Shown here: positions 20,290 to 29,422 of the stretch, piece after piece
Numbering within the stretch: the first letter of the stretch is position 1
Layout: every line of letters begins with the position of its first letter
Assembly (NCBI GenBank): GCA_964481775.1
Contig: CAYZUX010000001.1
Location: forward strand, 16,840-80,839
Reading direction: 5' to 3'
DNA length: 64,000 nucleotides
From: an uncultured bacterium
GTDB taxonomy: Bacteria > Hinthialibacterota > Hinthialibacteria > OLB16
Translations under genes and position numbers: made by a program
The notes under the pieces: generated by a model
The model's input: only the letters and a program-made list of their open reading frames with translations
What the model was told of the DNA's origin: nothing
The model's database searches: none

Positions 20290-21570
20290 ATGAAAGCCGG
20301 AGTGGGTAAAGTACTCATAACACCTGAAACGAGTATGTGGCTGGCTGGATACGCACACCGTGATCGTCCCTCCCAGGGAGTACTATGTGAGCTTTATGCA
20401 AAGGCTTTATCATTCGAGGATGAAGCTGGTTCACAGTTTGTCCTTGTAACAACAGACATTCTGGGATTCACAAGGAATGTGGCCGCACAGATCGCTGACA
20501 GGGTAAAGGAAGAATGTGGCATTCCCCGGGAACAGTTGATGTTGACCTCCTCCCATACTCACAGCGGGCCAGTGATAGGGGATTGCCTGATCGATATGTA
20601 TCATCTGAATCCTGAACAAATGGACTTGGTTAAGAAATACACTGTTGCCCTGGTAGATCATGTCCTTCAGGCGGTGAAACAGGCAATCAGGAATCTTGAA
20701 CCTTGTTCATTATCCTGGTCAGTTGGCAATGCGGCGTTTGCCCACAATCGGCGGGAGTATACGGAGGAGGGGGTTATCATCGGTTGTAACCCCGAGGGCC
20801 CGACAGACCATGACGTCCCAGTTCTGCGTGTAAATCGCAAAGATGGTTCTGTCAAAGCAGTTCTGTTTGGTTATGCCTGTCATAATACTGTCCTGGATCT
20901 TTGCGAGTTCAGCGGCGATTATGCCGGTTATGCACAGTTGACTTTGGAAGACAGTATCCCAGGAATGGTGAGTCTTTTCGTCAGCGGATGTGGTGGCGAT
21001 CAGAATCCATTGCCACGCAGAAGCATAGAATTGGCCAGGAAGCATGGACAGGACCTTGCCACCTCAGTGCTTGAGACATTCCATAGACAAGCCGCTGATG
21101 TTCATGGCCCCATCCATGCCGTATTTGAGGAAGTTCCTCTCAAATTCCGGTATCAGGATTATCGCAAAGAACTGGACGACCAGATTAAAGGAGGGAATGA
21201 ATACCTCCGCAACACAGCCGCACGTTTACTCGCACGGCTCAGAGACAATGGGGAGCAACCAGCATTCTATCCCTACCCCGTTCAGATCTGGTGTTTCTCG
21301 AACACACTCCAGCTAATCGCCTTGGGTGGGGAGGTGGTGGTTGACTATTCGCTTCGATTGAAACAGGAACTTGGACGGGAAAGGAATTTTATTTTGGCAT
21401 ACGCCAATGATGTGATGGGATATATTCCAAGCCTTCGGGTTTTGAACGAAGGTGGCTACGAAGCGGACTTCTCGATGGTTTATTATGGATTTTCCGGAAC
21501 TTGGGATGATCAGATTGAAACAACAATTATCGAAGCGGTTCACCGCTTGACAAATGAAGCCAAGGTTTGA
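20290..21570 (+). CDS. Neutral/alkaline ceramidase N-terminal-domain-like hydrolase
   Basis: N-terminal pattern MKAGVGKVLITPETSMWLAGYA.R.....GV.CELYAKAL.FED..G...VLVTTD..G..........LMLTSSHTHSGP matches the ceramidase N-terminal domain signature. Confidence 0.55.
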   Translation: MKAGVGKVLITPETSMWLAGYAHRDRPSQGVLCELYAKALSFEDEAGSQFVLVTTDILGFTRNVAAQIADRVKEECGIPREQLMLTSSHTHSGPVIGDCLIDMYHLNPEQMDLVKKYTVALVDHVLQAVKQAIRNLEPCSLSWSVGNAAFAHNRREYTEEGVIIGCNPEGPTDHDVPVLRVNRKDGSVKAVLFGYACHNTVLDLCEFSGDYAGYAQLTLEDSIPGMVSLFVSGCGGDQNPLPRRSIELARKHGQDLATSVLETFHRQAADVHGPIHAVFEEVPLKFRYQDYRKELDDQIKGGNEYLRNTAARLLARLRDNGEQPAFYPYPVQIWCFSNTLQLIALGGEVVVDYSLRLKQELGRERNFILAYANDVMGYIPSLRVLNEGGYEADFSMVYYGFSGTWDDQIETTIIEAVHRLTNEAKV

Positions 21571-21829
21571 TTGGCATCATCATCTCCATCGGTTGATGTT
21601 GCAAGCCTCGGCGGAGTCAACAAAGCAGAATAATCTGTAAAACCGCCAGAAATATACCAGCCCCCTGTCGTCCTTTCTGGTGCCCTCCACCTCAATCTAT
21701 ATGTTGTATCTGACATAAATAATATAATGTAGATAAATAACACCTTTTCCCTCAAAAGAATTGTTGTCTATTGACAAGAAAGAGAACACAAAAAAAAAGA
21801 ATCGAATGACGCTTGACATCCTGTAATGA

Positions 21830-22345
21830 AGATCTAGATTACTGTGGTGGTCTGGAGCCAATCATTAAGGCACCAGTAGCACCGACCCCTCCTTGGAAGG
21901 AACGGATGGCCTGAGCGGTCAAGCTTTTTCCGTCCCTTTAAAGATCGTGCCGGAGTTCTTGGTTTTTTCTGTTGAATGCGCGAAGGAGTGCCATATCTAC
22001 GATCCACGAACGCGCAGGTCGGCGGGAGACACTCCTCCGAAAAACGGCCTCTCAAGCCGTCGGAGGTGAGATGGGCAGGGACAGAGCACATTCGTGTTTT
22101 TTTGGACAGCTTCGCTTGGATGACAACGATTCCACCTACCTGGCATCCTCGAAACCGAGTGCAGGATATGCGGTGGCGTTCCCAAGCGTATCGTTTCCGG
22201 CCCACCAGTGTCACACACCGGATACGACTGAAGCTCGAATTGAACCTGTCGGTGATGCCTTACCAATAGAGACACGGCTTCAATCGAGAGGCCCACCCTT
22301 TCGAGAACACCCATGCAATCTGTTGTTGAATGATGTGGTCTTTCA
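21830..22345. other. GC-rich ~0.5-kb non-coding stretch lacking any coherent ORF; possible structured RNA or decayed gene
   Basis: Only short, mutually overlapping, Arg-rich ORFs occur on both strands. An AT-rich promoter-like region (21700..21830) lies upstream. I could not find RNase P, tmRNA or SRP consensus blocks. Confidence 0.25.
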
Positions 22346-22369
22346 ATGCAATTCCCATGGAAGGAGAGA

Positions 22370-23764
22370 ATGATGAAAAGACTTTCTGTAACATGCTTAA
22401 TCGTGATTTTCCTGGTTCCACTTTGGGTGTCACCTGCTTTCTCGTTTTGGGATGAGCAACAGCTCACCTTTGATACGAATAGAAATCACTCTCTTGACAA
22501 CAACCTCAACTGGTCTCCTGACTGCAAATGGATTGCTTATGACACAAGGGCTTTGTCAGGTGGAATTGGTAATACGTTGACACTTGAGAAGGTGAACATC
22601 GAAACAAAAAGTATCGTCGTCATGTACACTGCCCCGAATGCACTTCCTCTTGATGGATTTGGCCCGGGCACTGCGGCGGTGAGTTTTTTTCCTGCCGGGG
22701 ACAGAGTTATTGCCATTCGTGGGATCAACGGTGTGCAATACGCGGGTACAGCACGTTTCGGGGCGATGATCAGCCCTACCGATGGAAGTGTGGGAAGTGA
22801 GGGTTATGTCATAGCCGATGCCCGGGATGTAACGCCACCATTCACACCCGGCGCATTGCGTGGGGGGACACATCGGCACGAACCAACTGGGGATGGGGTA
22901 TTGGTGGGCTTCACCTACAATGACCAGATCATGAAAGATCTTGGGAAAGACCTCAGAACCATCGGTGTCACCAAACTGGGTACGCCGGTGGACGTAGATG
23001 AGGCACTTGGAAATCTGGATGGCACAGGTTTCACAGTGCTGGTTGTAAAAGTAAAGCCCCAATCGGAGATCACACCAGGTAGTGATGACATCTTCCAGGG
23101 TTCTGATGATGCCTGGGTTGGTGAAAAGGGCTATCAGAAACCGGACCAGACCTGGCAACGTGCGCGTGCTTTCATCGGCAAGACTGTCACAAGTACTGGC
23201 GGGGTTCGCAACGAGGTGTATATTGTTGATATCCCTGAAGACATCACAGTGGCCGGACCCGATGGGCCGCTTGAGGGAACTGAAACAACCTTCCCGATGC
23301 CTCCCGCGGGGACGGTTCAACGCAGGCTGACCAATAGTGAGTCAGACTGTGGTGGAATCATCCGCTGTAGTCTGGATGGCTCCAGGATCGCCTTCACTAG
23401 AGGTGGTCAGATCTGGCTGATTTCACCACTTGGTGGTACCGCTGTTCAGGCTACCTCAATTCCCACAGGAGTCTCCAAACCCTGGTGGGATCCAAGTGGC
23501 GACTACATATATTGCATCTCAGACAACTCGATTTGGGTGACCAATGTCAGGGAGGGTGATTCCAATTTTGGTGAATCCGAGAGAATCACCGATCCAAATT
23601 TATTCCCCGGTCGTGCACCGGATGCATTGTGTGTCTCGCCCGATGGCAAATGGATTGCTTTCAACCGGAAGCTTGATGGTGATGGAGGAACACAAATCAA
23701 TCAAATCTTTGTGGTGTCGATCCCGGCACCATCAAGGGTCGACAACTGGAGTCTTTTTGAGTAA
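22370..23764 (+). CDS. Secreted TolB-like (PD40 repeat) beta-propeller protein, DUF3748-like
   Basis: AAGGAGAG RBS, then MMKRLSVTCLIVIFLVPLWVSPAFS as a signal peptide. TolB-like blades are recognisable: NWSPDCKWIAYDTR, CSLDGSRIAFTRGGQIWL and VSPDGKWIAFNRK. Confidence 0.65.
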   Translation: MMKRLSVTCLIVIFLVPLWVSPAFSFWDEQQLTFDTNRNHSLDNNLNWSPDCKWIAYDTRALSGGIGNTLTLEKVNIETKSIVVMYTAPNALPLDGFGPGTAAVSFFPAGDRVIAIRGINGVQYAGTARFGAMISPTDGSVGSEGYVIADARDVTPPFTPGALRGGTHRHEPTGDGVLVGFTYNDQIMKDLGKDLRTIGVTKLGTPVDVDEALGNLDGTGFTVLVVKVKPQSEITPGSDDIFQGSDDAWVGEKGYQKPDQTWQRARAFIGKTVTSTGGVRNEVYIVDIPEDITVAGPDGPLEGTETTFPMPPAGTVQRRLTNSESDCGGIIRCSLDGSRIAFTRGGQIWLISPLGGTAVQATSIPTGVSKPWWDPSGDYIYCISDNSIWVTNVREGDSNFGESERITDPNLFPGRAPDALCVSPDGKWIAFNRKLDGDGGTQINQIFVVSIPAPSRVDNWSLFE

Positions 23765-23796
23765 AAGTCTTCGCTCGGAAGTTGTTGATATTTGGA

Positions 23797-23829
23797 GGGG
23801 AGTGATGTCAAGTAGTTGACTCACTCCCC
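23797..23829. terminator. Candidate bidirectional terminator hairpin between convergent genes
   Basis: 9-bp stem ggggagtga / tcactcccc with a 15-nt loop, in the 226-bp gap between the convergent stops at 23764 and 23991. Confidence 0.4.
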
Positions 23830-23990
23830 CACACATATCCGGTATTAAATTAAGCGGTCAACAAACCTGTTGTATCGATTGTAAGAAGCCTCCAGGAATC
23901 AATCCTCGACTCGCAAAGCATTTACAGGAAAACAGCAACTGTTCTTGTTGCAGTTGTCACAAATGACTGTCTTGATAATTCTTGAAGGCC

Positions 23991-25979
23991 TCACGGCTTT
24001 TCTCTTTCCTCAGGAAAGTCCAACCCCTGTGTCAGCCATGACAATGAAAAACGCACAAAACGAATCCATTCACGGCGGTGCTTTTCACCCCCTTCAAAGA
24101 GCAGACCGATATCACCATCAGGCAAACGGACCATGGATGAATACGATGAAGGGCCATGATGGATGAGCCTCTTGACAGGCCATGTCTGACCTTCATCATA
24201 ACTCACCCTGACTGTCATCCGGGTCCGCTCCACTACGTTGAATTTTTCACCGGAATTGTCTGGATTTGAGAACAGGATACGCCCTTTCTCATCCGGGCCG
24301 GGAAGGCTGTACCTCGCAAGACTTGCCTGGCAGGGACATTCATTCAGCGTGCGGTCCCAGCGAAAGTTGGACCAAGTCCGTCCACCATCCTCGCTGATGG
24401 CGACCCCCCGGCAACTCATCCCCATGTCGCCGCGCATGTTGAGCATCAGTTTCCCATCTGCCAGTTCAACTGCCTGACATTCATCAGACAGAACAGATAC
24501 CGCATCTCCCAATGTCCAGGTCTTGCCATGATCATCGCTGTAAAGAACTCGCGAATGGAATTCTTCCTCGCATTCTTCGTTGGGCTCTCCTGTATAACCC
24601 GGGATGACTAACCTTCCGTTTTTCATCTGAAGTCCCACACCTGGGCCGGGATTGAAGGTATCGTCATAATTGGTGATGAACGGACCGATGTCCACCGGCT
24701 CGGACCAGGTCTGTCCGTTATCCCGGCTGATCAGCTGGAAATGCTGGTGATGGTTTGTGCTGACTTTATTGGCATTGTCGCATATCAGGATGATCGTGTT
24801 GTTGATGTAGTCAATCACCGGGCATGGATTCATGAGTGCCTCGATTCCCTGACCCTGGACAAGAGTCTGCATGGGCAACCAGGTGCGTCCACCATCCAGG
24901 CTTCGCCTGAGGACCATATCAGATGGACTCATATCCTCCTGTGAAATTTTACGGGCTTCACAGAAAGCCAGGAGAGAACCATCTGGCGCGATGAGCAGCC
25001 CGGGGATCCGGTATGTATGAACTCCCTCTGCCCCGGCGGTGAACACATTCACGAATTCCGGAGTACCGGGTTGTGGCTTCGGAAGTTTTGCCAGCACCAC
25101 ACGGAATCCGATGTCGCTCTTGATGATCGATGGAGTCTCATGATGACGTCGTGAGGACCGGCAATGGCCACCAATACAAAGCCAACTGCCTCCCCGCAGC
25201 ACACGGTGTTCGGCGGTTGCGGGTCCCACGGGATCAACCGCAATTCCGTCATAATAATAGCCATGCCAGTCCTGGCACCATTCTGAGACATTACCGCTCA
25301 TATCGTACAATCCCCAGGGATTTGGAGGTAACATTCCTACTGGATGGGCGTATTTTTCCATCGTGATCAGTGTGTTTCCCAGCCACCACGCCTTCTGGTT
25401 AATTTCGTCGTAGGCTGGATCATCTCCCCAATAAAATCTTGTCGTGGTTCCCGCACGGCAGGCATACTCCCACTCCGCCTCGGTTGGGAGACGGAAATCC
25501 CTTCCTGTGATTGTTGCCAGCCTGGTTGTGAAGGTATGAGCATCTTCCCAGCTGATGTAAACTGCTGGGCTGCGTGGATTTTCACTGACATATCTGTGTC
25601 CTTTCCACGGCTCATTCCCCATGACAGCCTGCCACTGCTCCTTGGTCACCTCGTACTTTCCGATCCAGAACCCGTTGGACAGTGTCACTGGGTGTGCCGG
25701 TGTTTCTTTGTTGGGATAGGCATCCTGTTCCTTTTTCCTTTGACCCATCATGAATGAACCACCGGGAATCCAGACCAGATCGAGTTGAACTTCCCCAGGA
25801 AGAATGATGGTTTCGTTTGCTTTACTCTGGAATCCCAGGTTCGCTTCTGTTGCATTTCCATCAGCAAATGCGGCCAGGGAAATTTCAAACAAGAGAGTAA
25901 CCATGACCTTGATTATTGTGCTGGCCACACATTCTGTTTTTCGAGGTATCATGTTTGTCTTCATTCCCATTTCACTCAC
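23991..25979 (-). CDS. Secreted fusion protein: N-terminal FGE-sulfatase (SUMF1-like) domain plus C-terminal GH33 exo-alpha-sialidase (BNR repeats)
   Basis: FGE-domain motifs: WIPGGSFMMG, VSWEDA, RLPTEAEWEYACRAGT and RVLRGGSWL. Sialidase motifs: YRIPGLLIAPDGSLLAF (RIP/arginine triad) and the Asp-boxes SLDGGRTW, SRDNGQTW, SDDHGKTW, SEDGGRTW and SYDEGQTW. Confidence 0.85.
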   Translation of the reverse strand: MSEMGMKTNMIPRKTECVASTIIKVMVTLLFEISLAAFADGNATEANLGFQSKANETIILPGEVQLDLVWIPGGSFMMGQRKKEQDAYPNKETPAHPVTLSNGFWIGKYEVTKEQWQAVMGNEPWKGHRYVSENPRSPAVYISWEDAHTFTTRLATITGRDFRLPTEAEWEYACRAGTTTRFYWGDDPAYDEINQKAWWLGNTLITMEKYAHPVGMLPPNPWGLYDMSGNVSEWCQDWHGYYYDGIAVDPVGPATAEHRVLRGGSWLCIGGHCRSSRRHHETPSIIKSDIGFRVVLAKLPKPQPGTPEFVNVFTAGAEGVHTYRIPGLLIAPDGSLLAFCEARKISQEDMSPSDMVLRRSLDGGRTWLPMQTLVQGQGIEALMNPCPVIDYINNTIILICDNANKVSTNHHQHFQLISRDNGQTWSEPVDIGPFITNYDDTFNPGPGVGLQMKNGRLVIPGYTGEPNEECEEEFHSRVLYSDDHGKTWTLGDAVSVLSDECQAVELADGKLMLNMRGDMGMSCRGVAISEDGGRTWSNFRWDRTLNECPCQASLARYSLPGPDEKGRILFSNPDNSGEKFNVVERTRMTVRVSYDEGQTWPVKRLIHHGPSSYSSMVRLPDGDIGLLFEGGEKHRREWIRFVRFSLSWLTQGLDFPEEREKP

Positions 25980-26420
25980 CCTCCATTAACCCCGTTATCA
26001 ATCCCATGATGGACGAGAACCTGGTATCTGTGAAATCATAGGACTATTGTCCATATTCCCCGGTAAATTGACACCCCCGGCTCTGATGATGCAGTCCATT
26101 AGTGGAAGACAGCCTGATATCTCCGGATAACACAATCCTGATTGACTAACAACATGTGTGATCCACAAGAGTCTGACGAGAGCATCGATATAATGGTTTA
26201 CGTATTCAGTGGTTCTATGGTAGATTGTCCATGTGGAGTTGGAGAGACTATTTTCATGCGTGTCTCGATATCGGTGTGAAAATAATTTATTTATGAGATG
26301 AATACAGAATCACCGCTTTCAAGGCGTGTCTCCTTTCTGATTGATTGTTGATCGGTGTACTATGAGGAATGAGGTCCCATTGCAAAATAAGTAAATGCAT
26401 CTCGCTGAGGAGGTTATTCC

Positions 26421-29183
26421 ATGTGGTGCATTCCATTATTATTGGCTGGTGTGGTGACAAGTACGACCATTGAGGTGGACAATGTCTTTCCCGGGAAGTC
26501 ATGGGAACAACGCAGTCCTGAATCACTGGGTATGAACGCAAACCTGCTTGATCAGCTGGCTGAACACCTGGGTGGAAGAGGCTGTGTCATCAAAAACGGC
26601 TATATCGTGAAGACATGGGGAGATCAAACCCAGATTGGTGACTGGGCTTCTTCGGCGAAACCTGTCTTAAGCACGCTCCTCTTCTTTGCTCTTCAGGAGG
26701 GTTTAATTAAGAGTGTAGACCAACCTATTGCAGATTTCGGTTGGAAACTCCAAAAGAAAGACCAGGGAATCACCTTTCGTCATCTTGGAAGTATGAGTAG
26801 TGGCTATGCCCGGCCTGAAGGACCTGGGGAGGCATGGGCATACAACGATTACGCGATTCAACTTTACCAGATGACTCTTTTTGATAAGGTCTTCAAAGAG
26901 GATGCAAGGAATGTGGCAGAGCACTCCAATCGATTGGGTGTGCTCAAATTCCAGGATGGCTTGACCTTCAGTAAAAAACGCCGCCTGTCCACATCGGTGC
27001 GAGATTTCTCACGTATCGTTTGGCTGTGGCTGAACAAGGGACGCTGGGGTGACAAGCAGCTCCTGCCTGCTGAATATTTCAACGAGTATATGAAACCACA
27101 AACACCCAAGGACCTGCCCCAGACCCGGAAAGCTGATACGGAAGATTACCTCGAAATCGGTTCATACGGCGGCGATTCTGACCATTTCAGTGATGATGGA
27201 CCTGGCACGTATGGTTTTAACTGGTGGTTTAATGACACAGGACGAACTCATCCCGACCGCCTCACCTGGCCCAGCGCCCCCCCTGATACGATCATGTCGA
27301 TAGGAGCAAGAGGAAATAGCAGCGCATTTATTCCGAGTATGAATGCGGCTCTGATTTGTGCGGATGGAAGCTGGAATAATGAAAACACAGATGAAACTCT
27401 CCGGTTATTTTCTTTAGCCTGCCGATCAGATCAACCTAAAGTGCAAATTAAGGGCGATCGAGTAAAATGGCAGCCGATCAAATTGCTTTTTGAAGGACCA
27501 ATGACCGCAGAGAGGGCTGAACCAAACCCCTTCATGAACTATCGATTGACGGTACGATTCACCCGGGATGGCCGTACTGTCGATGTTCCCGGGTATTACG
27601 CCGCGGATGGTAATGCGGCAGAAACGGGGGCGAATAGCGGCTCAATATGGAGTGTTAATTTCACCCCCGATGAAGAGGGGATTTGGAACTACGAAACAGA
27701 ATTCGTAACCGGCATGAAGATAGCCATTTCAGAAAAGACAACCACCGGTGTACCAGTAAGTTTTGATGGAGCTTCGGGATGCTTTGAGGTAAAACCAATC
27801 GATTCCAGTGCTCCCGGTTTTTACTCTAAGGGTATGTTGCGTGCGCAGGGTCATCGCTATCTCCAGTTCGCTGAGACTGGTGAGTATTTCCTAAAAGGTG
27901 GCACGGACAGCCCGGAAAACCTGTTGGCCTATTCTGATTTTGATGGAACCAAGCCCACTCACAAATATGGACCTCACGCGGCTGATTGGCGTCAGGGTGA
28001 TCCTCAATGGCAAAATGGCAAAGGTAAGAATCTGGTTGGCGCTCTTAATTATCTGGCGTCAAAAGGCATGAATTCGGTCTATTTCCTGACCATGAATGTG
28101 GGTGGTGATGGAAAGGATGTGTGGCCATGGATTGATACTGACGAAAAGGGCCGTTTTGATTGCAGTAAACTGGACCAGTGGGATATCATCTTTACACATA
28201 TGGATAAGCTGGGACTGCTAATGCATGTCGTGACTCAGGAACAGGAAAACGACCAACTACTAGATGATGGAAACCTTGGCGATGAAAGGAAACTATACTA
28301 CCGCGAGCTTGTTGCAAGATTTGCTCATCACCCGGCTGTTGTCTGGAATCTTGGGGAAGAGAATACCAATACAGACGAACAGCGTAAATCCTTTGCAGCC
28401 TATATCCGTATGTTGGATCCCTATCGTCATCCAATCGTGGTCCATACATTTCCTAGTCAATATAACAAGGTCTATGATCCTCTCCTTGGTTTCCCTCATT
28501 TCGATGGACCATCACTGCAGATGGGAGATATGAGGAAAACCCACGAGGAGACCCTCAAGTGGGTGATTCTCTCCGGGAAAGCCGGAAAGCAGTGGTTTGT
28601 CTGCCAGGATGAAATTGGGCCACCCAGTGTTGGAGTAAAGCCTGACAATGAGGATCCGGACCATTCTGATGTGTTGCGTCATGCGTTGTGGGGTAACCTG
28701 ATGGCGGGTGGTGCCGGGGCGGAATGGTTTTTCCAGAGCGATCTCCATACTGAAGACTGGAGAACAAGGGACAGGCTCTGGGAGAAGACCTTTTTCGCTC
28801 TCAACTTCTTCCAAAAACATCTCCCCTTTGCAGAGATGCAACCCCGTGACGACCTGGTGGCGGGAGAGGGTTCCTGGTGTTTGGCAAACGCTGGCGAGAT
28901 TTATGCAATCTACACCTCTTCTCCGGATAATTGCCAAATGCTGCTGGGTGAAGGGAATTACCGTGTTGACTGGTACAACCCAGTGAATGGTGGAGACCTG
29001 ATTCCAGGTGGTTCAATTGTGGGTGGAGGAGAACGCACATTTGGTCATCCGCCACATAATAGGTCTGAAACTTGGGTGATCCTGTTGCGGAAATTACGAG
29101 CTGGACAAATGGAAAACGAAAAGGGTATTGTTGATCTTTCTACCGAATACCCTGACCTGAATGTACATCCTGAAAAGCCTTGA
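26421..29183 (+). CDS. Secreted multidomain protein: beta-lactamase-fold serine-hydrolase domain plus GH140-like module (DUF5060, DUF4038 TIM-barrel, collagen-binding-like beta-sandwich)
   Basis: The N-terminal ~320 aa carry an S-x-x-K motif (WASSAKPVL) within a beta-lactamase-like context. Then comes a DUF5060-like segment (KWQPIKLLFEGP..NPFMNYRLTVRF..WSVNFTPDEEGIWNYE). Next is a clan GH-A TIM-barrel with an NE motif (VVWNLGEENT). The C-terminus has YRVDWYNPVNGG. Confidence 0.65.
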   Translation: MWCIPLLLAGVVTSTTIEVDNVFPGKSWEQRSPESLGMNANLLDQLAEHLGGRGCVIKNGYIVKTWGDQTQIGDWASSAKPVLSTLLFFALQEGLIKSVDQPIADFGWKLQKKDQGITFRHLGSMSSGYARPEGPGEAWAYNDYAIQLYQMTLFDKVFKEDARNVAEHSNRLGVLKFQDGLTFSKKRRLSTSVRDFSRIVWLWLNKGRWGDKQLLPAEYFNEYMKPQTPKDLPQTRKADTEDYLEIGSYGGDSDHFSDDGPGTYGFNWWFNDTGRTHPDRLTWPSAPPDTIMSIGARGNSSAFIPSMNAALICADGSWNNENTDETLRLFSLACRSDQPKVQIKGDRVKWQPIKLLFEGPMTAERAEPNPFMNYRLTVRFTRDGRTVDVPGYYAADGNAAETGANSGSIWSVNFTPDEEGIWNYETEFVTGMKIAISEKTTTGVPVSFDGASGCFEVKPIDSSAPGFYSKGMLRAQGHRYLQFAETGEYFLKGGTDSPENLLAYSDFDGTKPTHKYGPHAADWRQGDPQWQNGKGKNLVGALNYLASKGMNSVYFLTMNVGGDGKDVWPWIDTDEKGRFDCSKLDQWDIIFTHMDKLGLLMHVVTQEQENDQLLDDGNLGDERKLYYRELVARFAHHPAVVWNLGEENTNTDEQRKSFAAYIRMLDPYRHPIVVHTFPSQYNKVYDPLLGFPHFDGPSLQMGDMRKTHEETLKWVILSGKAGKQWFVCQDEIGPPSVGVKPDNEDPDHSDVLRHALWGNLMAGGAGAEWFFQSDLHTEDWRTRDRLWEKTFFALNFFQKHLPFAEMQPRDDLVAGEGSWCLANAGEIYAIYTSSPDNCQMLLGEGNYRVDWYNPVNGGDLIPGGSIVGGGERTFGHPPHNRSETWVILLRKLRAGQMENEKGIVDLSTEYPDLNVHPEKP

Positions 29184-29422
29184 CTTTTTTTTTAATCCTT
29201 ACAGATGGCATATATTTACTATTGACCTTTGCTTAGCTAACAGCCTGTTGAAAATGGGTGTAACCATGGATTTCCGGGAAAACGGAAATCCACAACCTCA
29301 TAGCAAGAGCGAGTTTTTCGACAAGCTGTTAGCTGTGAAAGGGTCAATAATAGAATAATTCCACCAATCCGCATCCATGCCATAAATTGGGTTCGATTTT
29401 GTGAGTTTGGGAAAAGAAAACC

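Noticed and set aside
21830-22345. RNase P RNA / tmRNA / 4.5S RNA in the GC-rich gap
   Set aside because: I searched both strands for GGAAAGTCCGGGCTCC, GGTAAACCCCACC, a tRNA-like GGTTCGA..TCC..CCA 3' end and GGTCCGGAAGGAAGCAGC. None is present; only a vague GGTTCAATTCGAGC on the minus strand without a complementary T-stem.
29150-29200. Terminator after the 920-aa gene (run of 9 T at 29186..29194)
   Set aside because: No convincing GC-rich stem precedes the T-tract.
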